This document shows positions 59,330-64,000 of a stretch of 64,000 nt of DNA, piece by piece; positions within the stretch are counted from its first letter, which is position 1; every line of letters starts with the position of its first letter. The position numbers and the translations under genes are program-made. Source of the DNA: Raja brachyura (lineage: Eukaryota); assembly GCA_963514005.1 (NCBI GenBank), contig OY740783.1:79050001-79114000 (forward strand), given 5' to 3'. The notes under the pieces are model-generated. The model worked only from the letters and a program-made list of their open reading frames with translations, searched no databases and had not been told where the DNA came from.

Positions 59330-60925
59330 ACAAATGGAGAGTTGGGAGGGAGGAGGTAGGGGGAGGGGGTGGGGGTGCGGGAAAAAGAACAGAAGCCGGC
59401 AGAGACAGTAGAACTTGTGGGAGAACTGGAAAGGGGAAGGAAGGAGAAAGCAAGGGCTATCTAAACATAGAGAAGTCAACGTTCACACCGCTGGGGTACA
59501 TCTAACCAAGCGAAATATGAGGTGCTGTTCCTCCAATTTGTGCTGGGCCTCAATCTGGCAATGGAGGAGGCCCAGGACAGAGAGGTTAGATTGAGATTGG
59601 GAATGGGAGGGGGAGTTGAAGTGCTGAGCAACCGGGTGATCAGGTTGGTTAACACGGACTGAGCGGAGGTGTTCAGCAAAGCGATATCTGAGCCTGCGCT
59701 TGGTCTTGCCGATGTAGAGAAGTTGACACTTAGAACAGCGGATGCAGTAGATGTTGGAGGAGGTGCAGATGACTCACCTGGAAAGACTGAAGGTAGACAA
59801 AAATGCTGGAGAAACTCAGTGGGGGTGCAGCATCTATGGAGAGAAGGAATAGGTGACGTTTTGGCTCTTCTTCGAGACCTTTCTTCAGGTCGAGCCTTCA
59901 TTGACCCAAAACGTCACCTATTCCTTCTCTCCATAGATGCTGCCTCACCGGCTGAGTTTCTCCAACATTTTATCCAGCATCTGCAGTTCTTTCTTTAACA
60001 CCTGGAAAGACTGATTGGTTCCTTGGTTGGAGTCGAGGGGGGAGCTATAGGGACAAGTGTTGCACTTCCTGTGGTTCCAGGAGAAAGTACCAGGGGAGGG
60101 GGCGGTTTGGATGGGAAGGGACGAATTGACCAGGAAGTTACGGATGGAATGGTGTCCGCAGAAAGCAAAAAGGGGAGGATATGCACAGATGTGGCCAGTA
60201 GTGGGATCCCGTTGGAGGTGGCAAAAATGTCAGAGGATTATATATTGTATGCGATTGCTGATGGGGGTGGAAGGTGAGGACAAGAGGGACTTTGTCCTTG
60301 TTACGAATAGGGGGAGGGGGAGTAAGAGCGGAGCTGCGGGATATTGAGGAGACCTTCGTGAGAGCTTCATCTATATTGGAAGAGGGGAACCCCAGTTCCC
60401 TAAAGAATGAGGACATCTCCGATGCCCTAGTGTGGAACACCTCATCCTGGGCACAGATGCGGCGTACACGGAGGAATTGGGAGTAGGGGATAGAGTCCTA
60501 ACAGGAAGCAGGGTGGGAAGAAGTGTAGTCAACTTAGCTGTGGGAGTCAGTGGGTTTGTAGTAGATGTCAGTCAGTAGTCTGTTGCCTGCGATGGAGATG
60601 GTGAGATCTAGAAATGGTAGGGAGATGTCGGAAATGGTCCAAGTGAATTTGAGTGCCGGATGGAAATTAGTGGTGAAGTGGATAAAGTCAGTGAGTTCTG
60701 CATGGGTGCACCAATGCAGTCATCAATATAACGGAGGTAGAGTTTGGGGATAGGGCCGGTGTACGGCTGGAACAAGGATTGTTTGACTTACCCTACAAAG
60801 AGGCAGGCATAGCTGTGGCCCATGCACGTGCTCATAGCTACACCTTGGATTTGAAGGAAATGAGAGTCAAAGGAGAAGTTGTTGAGGGTAATGACCAGCT
60901 CTGCTAGGCGGAGGAGAGTATTAGT
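59330..60925 (-). mobile_element. Penelope-like retroelement RT and GIY-YIG fragment
   Basis: LLRLAELVITLNNFSFD..QIQGVAM..MG.SYACLFVG (RT); FHTRASEMSSFF..RNKDKVPLVLTFHP; YIGKTKRRL..HFNSPSH..KLEEQHLIFRL. Confidence 0.88.
59791..59998. mobile_element. Fold-back Penelope-terminus-derived element inserted in the Penelope fragment
   Basis: Inverted arms gcatctatggagagaaggaataggtgacgtttt / aaaacgtcacctattccttctctccatagatgc; duplication CACCTGGAAAGACTGA (59775-59790, 59999-60014). Confidence 0.85.
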
Positions 60926-61255
60926 AGATGGAAAAACCAAGGAACTGATTGTTGACTTTAGAAGAGGAAGGCCGAGGATCCACAAACCTACCTGTATTGA
61001 GTTAAATACTTCAAAAGCCTGGGTGTGCATATCTCTGAACCCAGCATCTCTGTCCCGGACCCAGCACATTGATGTAATCATAAAGAATGCCCATCATGGG
61101 GGGCATGGGGGGCATTGCTCTTGTCTTTACACTAGTTTGTTTTTACATATTGAACTTCGTTTTGTTGTTTATGACAGAATACTGTTTACATATCTGCTGT
61201 GCTGCTGCAAGTAAGAATTTCATCGTTCTGTTTCATGGCTTATGACAATAAAATA
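60926..61255 (+). mobile_element. Internally deleted Rex1/Babar 3' fragment
   Basis: [13 protein letters not shown]; tail gtaagaatttcatcgttc...tatgacaataaaa. Confidence 0.7.
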
Positions 61256-61554
61256 CTTGAAGATGTTGTCAACTGGCTGCTGGCAGTACGTTGTAGGAAA
61301 ATAAAACTTTTACTTTGACTACTTTGAAGCTAAACCCCAACCTCCAAAATAAATAATTAGTAGCGAAATAAATCAGTCTTTAAAGTTGTTCGCAAATTGC
61401 TTTGGGCAATACATTCCATTTTTGTGCACTACCGTTATGAATGGATCATTCACAGTAAATCTTCTTTGTAGCTGATCAACTGTCCACCTCCATCCGCACA
61501 TGGAAGTAGCAAGATAAATGGTTAACTATTGAATGGAATGAATAAATACATAGG

Positions 61555-61800
61555 AAACCCTGAGCTAATCAGCAACAGTCAGCTTGGATTTAAAAAGAGG
61601 CAGTAATACTTGACTATTCAATTTTAATTGAATTTTTCAAGACTATAAATGTGTAGATAAAGTGTAGATAATGCAATAGATGTTGTGTATTTGGATTTTT
61701 AGAAACTCTTTGATTCTGTGCCATATAAAGGACAGTGTAAAAATGAAAGAATTTTGGATTAAAGCAAATTTAACTGAAAGGATAAGAAGATAGCTAGAGC
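61555..61800 (+). mobile_element. Old CR1 RT fragment
   Basis: SNSQLGF and DVVYLDF..LFDSVP-like translation. Confidence 0.55.
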
Positions 61801-62415
61801 ATGCGGATTTAAAAAGGATTGTAACAATATGGGTAGAAAGGAGGCTCAGAGGTAGTAAATAAATAGCTGGAGTAAAAATGTCTATGGGCAGCAGTTGTGG
61901 ATTGGAAATAAACTAAAGTGGAACATGTAATTTTATAACACTTGCCCAAAGAGCAATGGCCATGCACTTTGTTTATCAAGAGACATTGGCTGAATGATAA
62001 TAATGAACCATATGCCATAGAATGGTTCTCATTCCTCCCAAACGTAATGCAGTCAGCTCTTTCAGACATCGGAGGAACAGTCTTAAATAACATTGTTTTC
62101 AAAAGTCAGCATTTCTGATCGTGTAGGACTTCCTCAATCCGGCTGTTCTGCTCCGGAGCATTAAGTTTCATTTTGTGCTAGACTCTCTGGTGCAAAACAT
62201 GAACCTGCAGCTCACTGAGCTGCATCTTCCTTGATGTAGCTAGTGGGATTGCAGTGAACCACCCCCTTGAACCAAGCGCCAGAATTGCATGAACTCTCAG
62301 TAAAGCAGCCATTAACATGGGGCCAGGTTAGTTTCTCTTGCGAGAGGAGGAACAGTTTGGGAGCTTTAAAAAACAGTTATTAACATCCCGGAACGACTGT
62401 TTCTACAGAGCTGTG

Positions 62416-62812
62416 TTTAGTTTAATTTAGTTTATTATTGTCACGTGTACTGAGGTACAGTGAAAAGTTTTTAGTTGTGTGCTATCCAGTCAGCAGATAT
62501 ACTATACATGATTACAATCAAGCTGTCCATTGTAGACAGATAAATTATAAAGAGAATAACGTTTAGTGTAATAAGGTCCAGTAAAGTTTGATTAAAGATA
62601 GTCCAAAGGTCTCCAATAAGGTAGATGGTAGGTCAGGACCACTCTCCATTTGGTAATAGGATGGTTCAGTTGCCTGATAACAGCTGGGAAGAATCTATTC
62701 CTGAATTTGGACGTCTGCAATGTCACATTTCTGTACCGCTTGCCTGATGGGAGGGGGGGCGGGGGGGGGGGGGGGGGGTCTGGGGTGAGATTCGTCCTTG
62801 ATTATGGTGGTG
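62416..62812 (-). mobile_element. Rex1/Babar LINE 3' end
   Basis: tttagtttattattgtcacgtgtactgaggtacagtgaaaag tail; gttgcctgataacagctgggaagaa (NRFFPAVIRQLN on minus). Confidence 0.75.
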
Positions 62813-62995
62813 TATAAAGGAAGGCAGGGACTAGTGGACGGGCATATTGCAAGTGGCTGTGTGTTGAGGTGAGGTGCTGAGTCTTTGTCTCGTGAGGCTT
62901 CAACCAGGAGACTGGATAAGGCAAGGTCTATTTTTTTGTTGGTGTTAGACTTCCTTGGTTTTAGTGCAGTAGAGATGACAGTTAAGGAATTGACG

Positions 62996-63175
62996 ATAGA
63001 CACAAAAAGCTGGAATAACTCAGCGGGACAGGCAGCATCGCTAGAGCAAAGGAATAGATGATGTTGCAGGTCGAGACCCTTCTTCAGACCACCAGAGATG
63101 CTGCCTGACCCACTGAGTTACTACTGCTTTTTGTGTATATCTTTGGGGTATACCGGCATCTGCAGTTCCTTCCTA
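62996..63175. mobile_element. Fold-back Penelope-terminus-derived element
   Basis: gacacaaaaagctggaataactcagcgggacaggcagcatc ... gatgctgcctgacccactgagttac inverted arms. Confidence 0.75.
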
Positions 63176-63183
63176 TGCAGTAA

Positions 63184-63510
63184 AACCCCTGTCTCACGGT
63201 GCGAGTTGGCCCACGAGTGACCCCAAGTTTTCACTCGTGGTGATCACGTCGTGGGAACGTCGGAACTCGCACGAGCAACTTATCGACTCATGGCGCTAAC
63301 GGTAGGTACTCGGGAAACTTGTTAACTCGTGGAAAAAAATCAAACATGTTTGATTTTTTTCCACGAGTCAAATTAACTCTTCAAGTTAAAAATGGAAACA
63401 TTTAAACTCATTGTAGTAACGTAGTGGCCCGTGCGTTTACCTTAGTGACTCGTAAGTCTACCGTGGGAACTTTCTTATAATCTGTTCGTTCACTCGAGTA
63501 AAGACTGACC
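63184..63510 (+). mobile_element. Truncated PIF/Harbinger-like MITE
   Basis: Starts TAA|AACCCCTGTCTCACGG, resembling the TIR at 12446; internal ACTCGTGG repeats; second TIR not seen. Confidence 0.45.
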
Positions 63511-63514
63511 CAAA

Positions 63515-63690
63515 GATAGAAACTCAGCGGACCAGGCAGCATCTCTGGAGAGAAGGAATGGAGTCGAGACCCTTCTTCAGACTTACCCGAAACGACACCC
63601 ATTCCTTCTCTCCAGAGATGCGGCCTGTCCCACTCCAGCATTTTGTGTCTATCTTCGGCCTTTCTGCGATGATCTGCAACTTGTCCTTTA
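63515..63690. mobile_element. Fold-back Penelope-terminus-derived element
   Basis: gcatctctggagagaaggaatgg / ccattccttctctccagagatgc arms. Confidence 0.75.
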
Positions 63691-63746
63691 TTACTGATGC
63701 ACCTGCCCCGTAGCTTCGTATTCGTCTCAATGAACGGCTGTAGGAT

Positions 63747-63933
63747 TACACAAAAAACTGGAGAAACTCAGCGGGTGCAGCAGCATCTAAGGAGCACAGG
63801 AGATAGGCAACGTTTCGGGTCGAGACCCTTCTTCAGACCTGCTGACCTTCTTCATGCTGCTGCACCTGCTGAGTTTCTCCAGCTTTTTGTGTAACCCTCG
63901 ATTCTCCAGCATCTGCAGTTCCTTCTTTAACAC
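63747..63933. mobile_element. Fold-back Penelope-terminus-derived element with hammerhead core
   Basis: Arms ctggagaaactcagcgggtgcagcagcat / atgctgctgcacctgctgagtttctccag; TSD-like GAACRGCTKTAGGAT (63732-63746, 63934-63948). Confidence 0.8.
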
Positions 63934-64000
63934 GAACAGCTTTAGGATGCGGTTAAAGACCTGCCGGAGGGGCAAGTCTGGGGCAGTGGGTGGGTTGTGT

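Overview
AT-rich vertebrate non-coding DNA densely filled with transposable elements. The repeat families (V-SINE/HE1-type SINEs, CR1, Rex1/Babar, Penelope) suggest a cartilaginous fish, probably a skate or ray (inference). No host protein-coding exon could be identified with confidence, so the window is probably intronic or intergenic. Main contents: (1) a cluster of three DIRS1-like tyrosine-recombinase retrotransposon pieces at 13711-22135, two of them joined head-to-tail at the circle-junction sequence; (2) a 5'-truncated L1 LINE interrupted by a Passport-like Tc1 transposon and itself inserted in a Penelope remnant; (3) a nest of three Rex1/Babar LINEs; (4) many Penelope terminal-repeat derivatives carrying hammerhead ribozyme motifs, several as fold-back units with target-site duplications (TSDs); (5) two copies of a 1-kb non-autonomous DNA transposon with 7-bp TSDs. 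The most novel signal is a ~138-bp SINE-like retroposon (two copies, 201-338 and 6268-6406). Its first 54 nt fold as a minimal HDV/CPEB3-like self-cleaving ribozyme, and in the TSD-bounded copy the element starts exactly at the predicted cleavage-site G. All folds and family calls were made by eye; none was computed or database-searched.
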